Counted from the stretch's first letter, positions 1-9,448 are shown. The stretch is DNA of 64,000 nt from a virus (IMGVR_UViG_3300022602_000038:1-64000); one strand, 5' to 3'. The notes: a model not told the origin generated them from the sequence alone. Made by a program: numbers and translations.

Positions 1-343
1 AACCGGTAAACTCTAAATCAAACGTGTTACTACCACCATTAATATATAGACCTTGAGTGTTGCTGTCTCCGGTATTATATATTTTTAAGTTAGTATTTGA
101 TGCACTTGTAAAATTAAAATCAAGAGCGTTACCGTTACCGACTTGCTTAATGTCTATAAAAGCTGTATCACCGTTAAAAATAGAGTTCAAACCAGAGCTA
201 CCAATACGGTTAGCGCCACCAGCTTGTAATACGTTAACAATGGCTGAAGTTGAAATCTGTTGTACATATAAAGCGTTTTGCCCAAACGCGCGTGCTAATC
301 CGATTAGTAGGAATATAGCTATAATTTTAGTAAGGTGTTTCAT
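1..343 (-). CDS. Secreted curlin-like (CsgA/CsgB-type) repeat protein, truncated by window edge
   Basis: Not in ORF track. ATG at 343 reads MKHLTKIIAIFLLIGLARAFGQNALYVQQ...LQAGGANRI...IKQVGNGNAL...NTGDSNTQ. Signal peptide plus QxGxxN repeats, directly downstream of csgG. Confidence 0.65.
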   Translation of the reverse strand, partial: MKHLTKIIAIFLLIGLARAFGQNALYVQQISTSAIVNVLQAGGANRIGSSGLNSIFNGDTAFIDIKQVGNGNALDFNFTSASNTNLKIYNTGDSNTQGLYINGGSNTFDLEFTG

Positions 344-387
344 AGACTGTGGGTGTTACCTATATTTACTAATTTTGTATAAGATTA

Positions 388-1188
388 TTAGTTTTTACTA
401 TTGCTCTTAAAGTGCCACAAACCCTGCTTTTCGCCTTTGTAAATAAGCTGGATAACTGCTTCATCTACAGCGGCTCGCACTGCTACGTTACCGGATTCGT
501 TGTTCGCGAATCCAAACTCTCCTTCAGAATATTTTGTACCATTGGAGTACCAACTCATTAAGTTGCCGTTTACATTCACAGAAAATACAGTTTTGGTAGT
601 TGTAACACTCAATAATACTTCCGATGTGCTGACACTTACTAACCTTAAGGAAACAGTGACAACGTCTTTACTGTATTGCTGCTGTGCACCAATATTGAGT
701 ACATTAGCCCCGACACCGCCTGTAATTACATCTGAATCCCACCCAATAATACCCCCTTCTACTAATACCCCTGCAAACAACAAAGGAAGCATTCCTGGAG
801 ATTTAGTATTTTCAAACTCTTCACGGCTTTGTCGGTACATTTGACGCTCTTTTACTATGTCATCAAGCCCTGTACGCTCTAATACCTTAAAGTAACAACC
901 ATTACCCGCTAACTGTAAACTTTCTACCAGGTACGACTCGGCACCCTGTGTAACTGCAGAACTAAACAGAGCTAAGTTGTTTGATGTTTTACGTTGTCCG
1001 GTCTTGTCTTCAAGCTTGTAAACAGCTACAGTCATTTGAGGGGCGTCTAAAGCTGGTAAAATCTTTAATTGCTTTGATAAAGGACTTTCCTGTACAACGG
1101 GAGCATCTTGCATATCATAAGGATGACGGGCAAGCTTATAAGTCTGACATCCTGTTAATAGTAAACAAAGTAATAAAACGTATTTCAT
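388..1188 (-). CDS. csgG: Curli secretion channel lipoprotein CsgG
   Basis: Lipobox LLTGC; VAVY..DKTGQRK..FSSAVTQGA, VLERTGL...KERQ, EGGIIGWD, DVVTVSLRLVSVSTSEVL motifs typical of CsgG. Confidence 0.9.
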   Translation of the reverse strand: MKYVLLLCLLLTGCQTYKLARHPYDMQDAPVVQESPLSKQLKILPALDAPQMTVAVYKLEDKTGQRKTSNNLALFSSAVTQGAESYLVESLQLAGNGCYFKVLERTGLDDIVKERQMYRQSREEFENTKSPGMLPLLFAGVLVEGGIIGWDSDVITGGVGANVLNIGAQQQYSKDVVTVSLRLVSVSTSEVLLSVTTTKTVFSVNVNGNLMSWYSNGTKYSEGEFGFANNESGNVAVRAAVDEAVIQLIYKGEKQGLWHFKSNSKN

Positions 1189-1646
1189 TAACCACCCCCT
1201 GTACCTGCAGTTAATAATGTACCAACCGGTATTTGAATAGATGTTGTTGTGTTGGTAGCTGGGTCGTAAATCTGTAATGTAGCAATGCCTTTATTCTCCA
1301 CCCAATTAACAGTAGCACCAGAAGGTAGGTTAAACGTACCCTGTGTTGCAGTAGTAGAAAATAACTGCGAAGTTAAGTTAGCTGCTATTTGAGAATAAAC
1401 ACGTGCCTGTAAACCGCTAATGAATTGATTAATAGGAGTGTTTTGTGCAGCAGCTGCAGCTGTACTTGCTGCTGCTTCTTTTTGAGCAATAATAGTTTGC
1501 TGTCTATTGTAACCGGTGTTTTCTAAAGTTAACTCGTAGCCAGAAAATGACCCGTTAGTTTGGAAAGCTGATGACTTAAATGCGAAAGTCTGTTGTGTTG
1601 CGTTGGCAAGACTTGCCATAAATGCTAATAATAGCAGGTATTTCAT
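1188..1646 (-). CDS. csgF: Curli assembly protein CsgF-like
   Basis: Signal peptide, N-terminal FAFKSSAF, F..GLQARVYSQ, C-terminal TTTSIQIP; adjacent to csgG. Confidence 0.75.
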   Translation of the reverse strand: MKYLLLLAFMASLANATQQTFAFKSSAFQTNGSFSGYELTLENTGYNRQQTIIAQKEAAASTAAAAAQNTPINQFISGLQARVYSQIAANLTSQLFSTTATQGTFNLPSGATVNWVENKGIATLQIYDPATNTTTSIQIPVGTLLTAGTGGG

Positions 1647-1651
1647 ATCTA

Positions 1652-1665
1652 TATTTAGCTAAGTA
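1652..1665. promoter_or_regulatory. Back-to-back divergent late-type promoters (TAAATA on -, TAAGTA on +)
   Basis: tatttagctaagta between csgF start (1646) and ORF start 1673. Confidence 0.55.
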
Positions 1666-1672
1666 ATACTAT

Positions 1673-1864
1673 ATGAACGAAGCATTTGTCAAAACCTTAC
1701 CCGTATACTTCCCTTCCAAAGACTTTATGACAGTTCTTAAGCCAGACAATAAAATCTTATTGACTGATATACCAGCAAGCAAATTACGCTCTAAACAGAA
1801 CCAAATGTACGTGTTAGCTGATACTTCTGAGGGCTCAGTGCTTGTACCAGTAGATAATGGCTAA
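1673..1864 (+). CDS. Hypothetical protein
   Basis: 63 aa ORF after TAAGTA, overlaps next start. Confidence 0.6.
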   Translation: MNEAFVKTLPVYFPSKDFMTVLKPDNKILLTDIPASKLRSKQNQMYVLADTSEGSVLVPVDNG

Positions 1865-2498
1865 GAAACTAAAAGTTAAATTTGAAGAGATTCAAGCATC
1901 TGCTTTATTTGCTGGTGTACCGCCTAAAATTATAAAGAAGATTGCTACCTTTCCACGCGCTCAAGAACACCCGGCCGGTGATGTTATTATTAAAGAAGGT
2001 GATATTGGAGAATTCATGTTTGTAGTTCTATCCGGGCAGGTTGATGTCGTTAAACAAGCAGGAGATAAGGAAGTGTTTCTTGCAACCTTGCCACCGGGAG
2101 TGTTCGTTGGAGAAGGAGCTTTAGTGTCTGGTGCACCACGTAACGCTACTGTTAAAGCTAAAACACCTGTTAAGATTGCATACTTTGATAGGCAAGCTTA
2201 TAATAAAATGATAATGGCTGATCCAGCTATTAGTGCAACGCTAATGAAAGTACATAAAGAGCGCTGTAAAGATCAAATTAAAAAAGTTAATATAGCTAAA
2301 TCAAAAGCATTTTTAATATCAGGAGCAGTAGCTTTGATTCCAATGATACAATCTTTCTTAGTACCTCACTTAGGAGCATTATCTAGTCATATACCACCAG
2401 GTTTATTAGCAATGATTGGGCCTGCAGGTGCGGCGTTAGCCTTTAAATTTCAACAATCTGATATGGCTGGTTTAGCTGGTAAGTTTGATAAAATGTAA
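1857..2498 (+). CDS. Cyclic-nucleotide-binding domain protein with C-terminal hydrophobic helices
   Basis: GDVIIKEGD.G..MFVVLSG.V, GEGAL....PRNATVKA phosphate-binding cassette; no HTH. Confidence 0.85.
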   Translation: MAKKLKVKFEEIQASALFAGVPPKIIKKIATFPRAQEHPAGDVIIKEGDIGEFMFVVLSGQVDVVKQAGDKEVFLATLPPGVFVGEGALVSGAPRNATVKAKTPVKIAYFDRQAYNKMIMADPAISATLMKVHKERCKDQIKKVNIAKSKAFLISGAVALIPMIQSFLVPHLGALSSHIPPGLLAMIGPAGAALAFKFQQSDMAGLAGKFDKM

Positions 2499-2551
2499 TC
2501 TTTTTGGATTTACTAAGTTGATGTTTCAAAACGTACACTAAATATTGATGT

Positions 2552-2833
2552 ATGAATGAAACTGTAATAAACTCAATTCAAAATAATAACACACCTATAG
2601 CAGATCCAGTAAAACGTAAACGCGCACCTTCCGTTAAGCGAGCTGAAACAAAAGCTCAAAAAGAATCCACGCGTGGGTTTCCGTTACCTTTAGTTCTAAC
2701 TTGTCCAATAACTAACAAAACAGTAAAGTACACTTCTTTAACTTATATTCGTAAACTTATTGCAAAATACGGCACTGTAGAGAACTTACGTAAAAATTAT
2801 GTTTCAGTAGAAGGCCGTAAACAAAAGCAATAA
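2552..2833 (+). CDS. Small basic hypothetical protein, paralog of 39965..40237
   Basis: RGFPLPLVLTCPIT..TVKYTS..YI....YVS.EGR shared with 39965 ORF. Confidence 0.8.
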   Translation: MNETVINSIQNNNTPIADPVKRKRAPSVKRAETKAQKESTRGFPLPLVLTCPITNKTVKYTSLTYIRKLIAKYGTVENLRKNYVSVEGRKQKQ

Positions 2834-2840
2834 AACACTT

Positions 2841-3887
2841 ATGAAAAACAGCTCTGACATTAAATCTATTCAGAATTTCTTACCAGAAGATATTCTGAAT
2901 AAAATTGATGATCAAATTATTAAAAATCGTTGGGGGTATGGGTGGAAATCAGATACTACTATTGCATTCGGACATTGGCATATAGAATATAATTTGTCTC
3001 CTGAAAGAAGTATTAATGAAAATGCATTAGGTATTGAAGAATACGTGCCCCCTATACTACTTGAAGCATGGAATTATATTAAAACAAACCATTTACCTGA
3101 TTATAGGTTAATCCGTTGCTATTGTAATGCGCACACTTTCGGAACAGAAGGTCACCCACATTATGATTCTAACAGAGATGGAGATAGAACAGTTGTAATT
3201 TACCTTAATAAAAAATGGGACTGCTCTATGGGTGGTGAAACAATGTTTTACGAAGATAATAGAGAAGAAGTTATACATGCAGAGCTTCCTAAAAGAAATA
3301 AAGCAGTTATATTTCCTGGTAATATATTACACACTGCTACTGGAGTAGCGAGATTATGTCCAGACTTACGAATGACATTAATGTTTAAAGCAGTAGCGCC
3401 TGAATATTTTGATAAAGATAGAGATACATTACAATTATTCTTACAAGCAAAAGGTACACATTTAATTAAACATAGTGCTACTACATTTTGCGGGCATTTA
3501 CTACGTACATATGACCTATTAAAGAAGTATGGTATGAATAAAGATGTTTGTTTAGCTGGCGGTTTGCACTCCATATTTGGAACAAATGCATTCAAGCAAG
3601 TAACTGTACCTTTAGAAGAAAAAAATAAATTAATAGATTTGTTTGGAGAAAAAGCTGTACACTTAGCAGAATTGTTTTCTAAAATTGACCGTCCAAGAAC
3701 ATTGGAGCGTATATTAGTAAATCCGGTTTCTTTCTTAACAGATCCGCAAGGTAATAAAATAGATGTAACTGAACAGGAAATACAAGATTTAATTGCTATA
3801 GAATGCGTGAATCTATATGATCAAAAAAGTTTAAACTATTGGACTCACTTAACTAAACGCGGTAAAGAAATATTTAAAAATAATTAA
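2841..3887 (+). CDS. 2OG-Fe(II) oxygenase fused to DUF6817-like (HD-like) domain
   Basis: HYD...GGET.F...H....R..L; C-terminal HS...F.GHL..TY..L....VCLAGGLHSIFGT. Confidence 0.8.
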   Translation: MKNSSDIKSIQNFLPEDILNKIDDQIIKNRWGYGWKSDTTIAFGHWHIEYNLSPERSINENALGIEEYVPPILLEAWNYIKTNHLPDYRLIRCYCNAHTFGTEGHPHYDSNRDGDRTVVIYLNKKWDCSMGGETMFYEDNREEVIHAELPKRNKAVIFPGNILHTATGVARLCPDLRMTLMFKAVAPEYFDKDRDTLQLFLQAKGTHLIKHSATTFCGHLLRTYDLLKKYGMNKDVCLAGGLHSIFGTNAFKQVTVPLEEKNKLIDLFGEKAVHLAELFSKIDRPRTLERILVNPVSFLTDPQGNKIDVTEQEIQDLIAIECVNLYDQKSLNYWTHLTKRGKEIFKNN

Positions 3888-3962
3888 TCCTTTGTTAAAA
3901 GAAAACAATAATTAGCTTAAAAAACAAGTTAAAAACTCCTAAGTAATTATACTTAACATATT

Positions 3963-4445
3963 ATGTCCTACATCTACAACAACGCCCTTTATAGTACCAC
4001 AGGTGGTAATGGTTTTTATTCGCTGTCTTCAGCCAATGGTGAAATTGTTACAACCAATAACAACACTTTCACTGCAGCATATAATGTTTGTGGTAATGGT
4101 TATAATCAAGCTGATTTTACAGTAAATGGTACTACAGTTAAGCCAACTTCTGCTTACACATTTACAGTAAACAAGTATAATAATGGTACATTAGTTACAC
4201 CAAACAGCTCAACAACTTATACGATTACAGTAAGCTCAACTAATGCTATTCCTATGGCATTACTTCTTAATCCAGCAAACGCTGTATTTAATAATTTACA
4301 GCATGCTACATTAGCTGTTGCGTATAGCATTCCAGCAAGTGCAAATGGACTAGGTACAACTTCAATTAGCGTTGATTTAAGTGCTGCTACAGTGGATTTC
4401 TCAGACCCAGAAAGACGTCGTTTACACAACCTTGGTTATCTATAA
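3963..4445 (+). CDS. Hypothetical, likely virion structural protein
   Basis: T/N/S/G-rich composition; TAAGTA at 3940. Confidence 0.6.
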   Translation: MSYIYNNALYSTTGGNGFYSLSSANGEIVTTNNNTFTAAYNVCGNGYNQADFTVNGTTVKPTSAYTFTVNKYNNGTLVTPNSSTTYTITVSSTNAIPMALLLNPANAVFNNLQHATLAVAYSIPASANGLGTTSISVDLSAATVDFSDPERRRLHNLGYL

Positions 4446-4465
4446 TAGATTAAACTGAATTATAT

Positions 4466-4493
4466 AAAAAGCCGTTGAAAAACGGCTTTTTTT
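4466..4493 (+). terminator. Intrinsic terminator overlapping a sigma70-type promoter
   Basis: aaaaagccgtt-gaaa-aacggcttttttt; TTGAAA (4475) N17 TATTAT (4498) precedes ATG 4511. Confidence 0.75.
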
Positions 4494-4510
4494 ATCTTAT
4501 TATACTTTTT

Positions 4511-4915
4511 ATGAAACACTTCATCTCAATATTATTGTTAACGTTTTTTATAACAGGTTGTGTATCTACTAAAACATTAGTAGATGGAGTGCTTGGAAGA
4601 TATCCTCATTATGATGCCTTAGAGTATGATAGAGCAGTACAAGTAGAAATAATTGCAAAAGACTTAGAAGTACATTCTAATAGACTAGATGAGTTGATAA
4701 CTAATATAGAAGCGTTAAAGCTTTACGTAGCAGGTCGTCCTTATAATGAGCGTATCAGTAAACAGGTAGAATTATTAGACAAAGTAGTCAAAGAATTACA
4801 ACTTAGAGAGCAAAAAGGTATAACAATAAGTAAAGCTTACTATAAGATTAAGTGGGAGGATATAGTTAAGCTATCCGACAACATACGTAAGTCTATTGGT
4901 ATAGAAAAATTATAA
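4511..4915 (+). CDS. Lipoprotein
   Basis: Start reassigned to ATG 4511: MKHFISILLLTFFITGC lipobox. Confidence 0.75.
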   Translation: MKHFISILLLTFFITGCVSTKTLVDGVLGRYPHYDALEYDRAVQVEIIAKDLEVHSNRLDELITNIEALKLYVAGRPYNERISKQVELLDKVVKELQLREQKGITISKAYYKIKWEDIVKLSDNIRKSIGIEKL

Positions 4916-4923
4916 ATAACTTT

Positions 4924-5184
4924 ATGGCTACAGCAACAACATTATTAAAACAACTATCTCCTTTTAGCGATAATAGTAACAGTACCATCGCTGAATGTGC
5001 AGGCAAAATTGCCTCTTATGCAAAGCAAGTACAATCTGGTGACTTAACGCTTGATGAATTTAAGGAGCTTTCTTCTGATTTAGACGCTCTTAAAGAATCA
5101 GCAACAGCTGCTGACGAAGTACAAAACGTACAAGCTATAAATGATATATTTAATGGCTTAGTTGCTATATTAAGTAAGGTATAA
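4924..5184 (+). CDS. Hypothetical helical protein
   Basis: 86 aa ORF after TATAAATA (4911). Confidence 0.7.
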   Translation: MATATTLLKQLSPFSDNSNSTIAECAGKIASYAKQVQSGDLTLDEFKELSSDLDALKESATAADEVQNVQAINDIFNGLVAILSKV

Positions 5185-5195
5185 TATAATTTTTT

Positions 5196-5504
5196 ATGAG
5201 CAAATTACCTAAAGTATTAGTAGAAAAGTACGAAACAGTAGTTACTGTTACAGAAAGCACTAGACAAGAGTTTATTGGTCTTCTTAAAGAGAATATCTTA
5301 ATTGTTACATTTCTTAAAAAGAATGGTGAACGTAGAGTAATGAGATGTACTTTAAGGGAAGATCTCTTACCTCCTAAACCTGTTGATTATGTTCCTAAGG
5401 AAAGAACTCCTAACCCTAATGTAGTTGCAGTTTGGGACTTGGATAAGAATGAATGGCGTTCATTTCAAGTAGACTCAGTTATTAAATACGAAGTTGAAAA
5501 ATAA
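5196..5504 (+). CDS. WYL_2-type (Sm-like/SH3 barrel) phage protein
   Basis: VTFLKKNGERRVMRCTL...VWDLDKNEWRSF motif. Confidence 0.8.
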   Translation: MSKLPKVLVEKYETVVTVTESTRQEFIGLLKENILIVTFLKKNGERRVMRCTLREDLLPPKPVDYVPKERTPNPNVVAVWDLDKNEWRSFQVDSVIKYEVEK

Positions 5505-5562
5505 TATCTTCTGTTGCTGAAAAGTAACAAAGTGGTGGAGGTGAAGCAGTTTAAGACTGCTG

Positions 5563-5593
5563 AAAAGCTTTGGCGTAAGTCAAAGCTTTTTTT
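5563..5593 (+). terminator. Intrinsic terminator
   Basis: aaaagctttggc-gtaa-gtcaaagcttttttt. Confidence 0.8.
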
Positions 5594-5674
5594 ATGGTTG
5601 GATTTTACAGTAGCAAGCTAACTTCTTGATTGCAAAGACCTCATTTTCTTAGTGGAGCTTTTTTATAGTTACTA

Positions 5675-5682
5675 TATAAATA
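5675..5682 (+). promoter_or_regulatory. T4-type late promoter TATAAATA
   Basis: Exact consensus 7 nt before ATG 5690. Confidence 0.7.
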
Positions 5683-5689
5683 TAGTGGT

Positions 5690-8023
5690 ATGAATAAATT
5701 ATTAAAACTAATCGCATTAACTATATTGACGTTTGCAGTTAGTACTTCACTTGTAGCGAGTGGCAGCTCGCCAACAGTTGTTAGTACAACAAACGGTACA
5801 CCAATAGTAACCGTAACAACTACTCCAGTAGATGTAGTTGCAACTAACGCTTACGGTTTCTCTATTGATAATACATATGTTAATACAACTACCACGACAA
5901 TCCCTACTACAGTCACTTTATATAGTGATAATAGTTCAGTAACAACAAACGGCTCGCCAGTTGTCACTGTAAACCATGGTACAGTACCAGTACAGACTGT
6001 CACAACAGGTAATGTTACTACAACATCAACAGCACCTCGCACTGTTACATCAACAGCTAATGGTGCTACTATTGCTACAACATATCTTGATACAGTAACA
6101 ACAATTACACCGACAACCTGGACAACTGTTAACGGAGCAACAACATCTGTAACAGGCAACGCTGTCGTAACTACCACACCAGCAGTAACACCTTCTACAG
6201 TTGCTACTACGACTAATGCAGTAGCTGTAACTACATCAAACGGAACACCTATCGTAACATTAGCTAATTCATATGCCCCTGTTACTACTACAAGTGGTGG
6301 TTCAACTATTGTTACTACTAACTTAAACGTATTAACAACTACAACAGTTCCAGTTGCTACTACTACAGTGACGACGCCGATGACTGTTATTGCAGATAGT
6401 ACAGGTAATACTATTAGTACAGTATACGGTACACCAACATCTAATACAAATGTGTCATTTGCAATTTCAACAGCTAATAGCTCTTCTCTTTATACAGTAG
6501 CTACTACATCTAACCAAACATCTACAGTTACTAAAAACGGTACCGCGGTAGTTGGTGCTACTATTGCTTATTCAACTGCTAATAGCGTTGATGCAAGTAA
6601 TAATCCGGTTGTTAAGACTTATAAGTTAACAACTACAACAACTACTACTCCAGTAGATACAGCTACAACAGTTACACCTGTTACCGTTACTAAAGATGCT
6701 AATGGTAATCTTATTAGTACATATTACGGTGCACCAACAACTACGGATAATGTAGTTAACAATGCAGTTGTTACAACAGCTAATGCTTTATATAGCACAG
6801 CTACAACAACCCAGAACGTTGCTAATCAAACAGTATTTGGTAACCCAACAACCACATATGCAAGTGTAAATGGTACAGCTGCTTCTACTACTGCTTATTC
6901 GCAAGCTAAGGCAAAGTCAGCTGATGCTAAAGTGTTAAACATCGCTAAGACGACTACAGTTACTACTGTTACACCGGTAACAACAACAGCTACAACAGTT
7001 ACCCCTGTTACCAATGTAACTACTAATACAGCTGTTACTACTACAGTATATGCTGATGGCACTACACCAACATTAGTTACATATAGTGCTCCAGTAGTTA
7101 CGGAGAATACTTCAGTATCGACAGCTAAGATCGTTACTACTGGTAACTCTACAGCAGTAACAAGTTCAGTAGCTAATTACGGTACTCGTATCGATCAATA
7201 TTCATACCTACAGGCTGCAAGCCGTCGTTATAATATGCTTGTTGATTCTAACCCATTAGATCGCAACTACGGCGGTACTTGGAACGCTAATAAGAGTGAT
7301 GGTTGGAACTCTTATCTAACTTATACACGTACAAGCAGCAATACAGTTGATACATATAAGACTTCAAGCAACACATTCACTATTGGTGCTGAGTCGTTTG
7401 TAACTGCTGACGTATTATTCGGTATTAAGTACGATTTCGTTAATGCTAATATTAACGGTGATCAAGCTACTGGTACATTACAAAAACATCACTTAGGTCT
7501 ATATAACTTAACCACGTTCAACAATCTATTAGTATTAAAGTCTGATCTTGGTTTTGCTTATGACCGTTTTGCTAATACCCATACATTAGCTGCTTTAAAC
7601 TACGCTAATGCTGGTAAGGGTAATGGTAAAGACATTTGGTTAAATGAGCGTTTATATTCAAAGAGCTACTTTGGTTTTGCGCCTTTCATAGGTGGTCGTT
7701 TCGAAACAAGCTCACTAGATGCTATTGCTGAAACAGGCGATGCTTATACAGCTCAATCATTTGATGCTGCTAAAGTAACCCGCGCTGCAGCAGAAGGTGG
7801 CTTACGCTTTGATTATCAGTTCGGTGATGCTTTCAGAGTTATTGCTGAAGGTGGTTACCTAACACCTACTAAGTCAAAGGGTATTGATGGTATTACGTCA
7901 TACAAGCTTAACTTGCAAGCTACACCAACAAAGACCATCTCTGGTACTATTGGCGCCGGTCAGCAAAAACAAGCAACGTTAACTGATACTAACCTAACAG
8001 CTGACGTTACATTTAAGTTCTAA
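5690..8023 (+). CDS. Autotransporter-like outer-membrane protein with Thr-rich passenger
   Basis: Signal peptide; about 480 aa Thr/Val-rich repeats; C-terminal beta-barrel (APFIGGRF...ETG...) ending in TFKF. Confidence 0.75.
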   Translation: MNKLLKLIALTILTFAVSTSLVASGSSPTVVSTTNGTPIVTVTTTPVDVVATNAYGFSIDNTYVNTTTTTIPTTVTLYSDNSSVTTNGSPVVTVNHGTVPVQTVTTGNVTTTSTAPRTVTSTANGATIATTYLDTVTTITPTTWTTVNGATTSVTGNAVVTTTPAVTPSTVATTTNAVAVTTSNGTPIVTLANSYAPVTTTSGGSTIVTTNLNVLTTTTVPVATTTVTTPMTVIADSTGNTISTVYGTPTSNTNVSFAISTANSSSLYTVATTSNQTSTVTKNGTAVVGATIAYSTANSVDASNNPVVKTYKLTTTTTTTPVDTATTVTPVTVTKDANGNLISTYYGAPTTTDNVVNNAVVTTANALYSTATTTQNVANQTVFGNPTTTYASVNGTAASTTAYSQAKAKSADAKVLNIAKTTTVTTVTPVTTTATTVTPVTNVTTNTAVTTTVYADGTTPTLVTYSAPVVTENTSVSTAKIVTTGNSTAVTSSVANYGTRIDQYSYLQAASRRYNMLVDSNPLDRNYGGTWNANKSDGWNSYLTYTRTSSNTVDTYKTSSNTFTIGAESFVTADVLFGIKYDFVNANINGDQATGTLQKHHLGLYNLTTFNNLLVLKSDLGFAYDRFANTHTLAALNYANAGKGNGKDIWLNERLYSKSYFGFAPFIGGRFETSSLDAIAETGDAYTAQSFDAAKVTRAAAEGGLRFDYQFGDAFRVIAEGGYLTPTKSKGIDGITSYKLNLQATPTKTISGTIGAGQQKQATLTDTNLTADVTFKF

Positions 8024-8045
8024 TACAACAGTTTATAAAAGCTAC

Positions 8046-8073
8046 AAAGGCTCTAGAAATAGAGCCTTTTTTT
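8046..8073 (+). terminator. Intrinsic terminator
   Basis: aaaggctcta-gaaa-tagagccttttttt. Confidence 0.85.
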
Positions 8074-8108
8074 ATTGATTTTCTTAAAAAACACGTTAAT
8101 ATAATTAT

Positions 8109-8750
8109 ATGGAAGATGTATCATACACAGCAATACCGTTTAAAACACCAGGTTACATTTTAGGTGATTTAACAAATGAGCAATTAGCTCCTATTTGGGA
8201 TGAGGTCAACACTATACAAAATAGTATAGATATTCCTACAGTCGATAGTGAATTTGGAGGCAATGTAAATAAAGAAATCGGGTTAACCTTTAGTTTAAAA
8301 TATCAAGAACGTTTAATATTGCCTTATATTAAAAAATATTTACACGAGTATCCATTCTATAAATCAGATTTTGATATTAAAGATGATATAAGTAAAAAAA
8401 TCTCAATAAAAAGCGCAACCGTAAATTTTCAAGGCAAACATGACTTTCTTAATGCTAGAGCGTATCAAGGTATATTTCGTTATACAATTTGGTTAAGCAT
8501 ACTGGATTTTGTAGAACAAAAAAGAAAAAATATGTTTGGAGAAGATAATCCATACGATCCTAATAGTACTTTTGAACTTTCGTATGTAAATGTACTAGGT
8601 AATATAAGTAGTGTACCTATTCGTATCAATAAAACATTCGAAAATAAATTAATATTATATCCCTCTAAAATGAAGCATACCGTTTACCCTTATTATGTTA
8701 CTGATGGTTACAGAATTTCCGTTTCAGGTAATTTCATAATTAACCATTGA
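8109..8750 (+). CDS. 2OG-Fe(II) oxygenase-like protein (degenerate metal site)
   Basis: LILYPS.MKHTVYP....YRISVSGN C-terminal motif; HxH replaced. Confidence 0.65.
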   Translation: MEDVSYTAIPFKTPGYILGDLTNEQLAPIWDEVNTIQNSIDIPTVDSEFGGNVNKEIGLTFSLKYQERLILPYIKKYLHEYPFYKSDFDIKDDISKKISIKSATVNFQGKHDFLNARAYQGIFRYTIWLSILDFVEQKRKNMFGEDNPYDPNSTFELSYVNVLGNISSVPIRINKTFENKLILYPSKMKHTVYPYYVTDGYRISVSGNFIINH

Positions 8751-8787
8751 AATTAAATTAAATTAAAATTACAAGAATTTAAATACT

Positions 8788-9420
8788 ATGATTACATACA
8801 GTCCAGATTATCTTTACGCATTTGAAACAAATCATATCGATAATGCTCAGTTAATGAAGCGTTGTTTTAATATAGAAAGGAAACTCACACATACTCTACC
8901 TCCCGTAGAAAAGTCGTGGTTTGGTAACAAACCATCTGCATGGAATATGGAGTATAATCTCTTTACATTTCCGGTGCCTGAGCTTTATGAGTTATATGAA
9001 ACAATGCAAGAAAAGATATCTCCTTTGTTAGACTATAACAGATCTTACGCTCTTAAAAGCTGGATGAACATTTTTCGTAAAGGAGAAAATGTAAATCCAC
9101 ATCATCATTTTGAACCAGAGTTTGATGCTTGGCACGGCTTTTATTGTGTAAATGTGGGAAAAAACGCTTCCTATACTACTTATAAAATACCAGACGTTGA
9201 AAAAGAAATAGTAGTACCAAGTAAAAACGGGTTATTAGTTATTGGCCGTTCTAGAGACGACAGGCATTGGAGCTCCGTTTGGGAAGACGATACTCAACCT
9301 CGTATAACACTTGCTTTTGATATATGCCCAATCGATACATTAATACCTGAAGAAGAAAACGGTAGTTTTAGAAATTGTAAAATGAATTTTTTTTTACCTT
9401 TTAAGCACAGTAAAAGGTAA
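8788..9420 (+). CDS. 2OG-Fe(II) oxygenase-like protein
   Basis: SWMN....GE...PHHH....HGFYCV...H......RITLAFD. Confidence 0.65.
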   Translation: MITYSPDYLYAFETNHIDNAQLMKRCFNIERKLTHTLPPVEKSWFGNKPSAWNMEYNLFTFPVPELYELYETMQEKISPLLDYNRSYALKSWMNIFRKGENVNPHHHFEPEFDAWHGFYCVNVGKNASYTTYKIPDVEKEIVVPSKNGLLVIGRSRDDRHWSSVWEDDTQPRITLAFDICPIDTLIPEEENGSFRNCKMNFFLPFKHSKR

Positions 9421-9448
9421 GCTCTGCTTAGATCAATGTATGTAAAAG

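Noticed and set aside
57-410. Plus-strand ORF 57..410 and other antisense ORFs in the track
   Set aside because: They overlap better-supported genes on the opposite strand and lack promoter motifs
5533-5560. tRNA/tmRNA 3' end (CACCTCCACCA) on minus strand
   Set aside because: No matching 5' acceptor strand or canonical T-loop; G-U pairs favour a plus-strand structure
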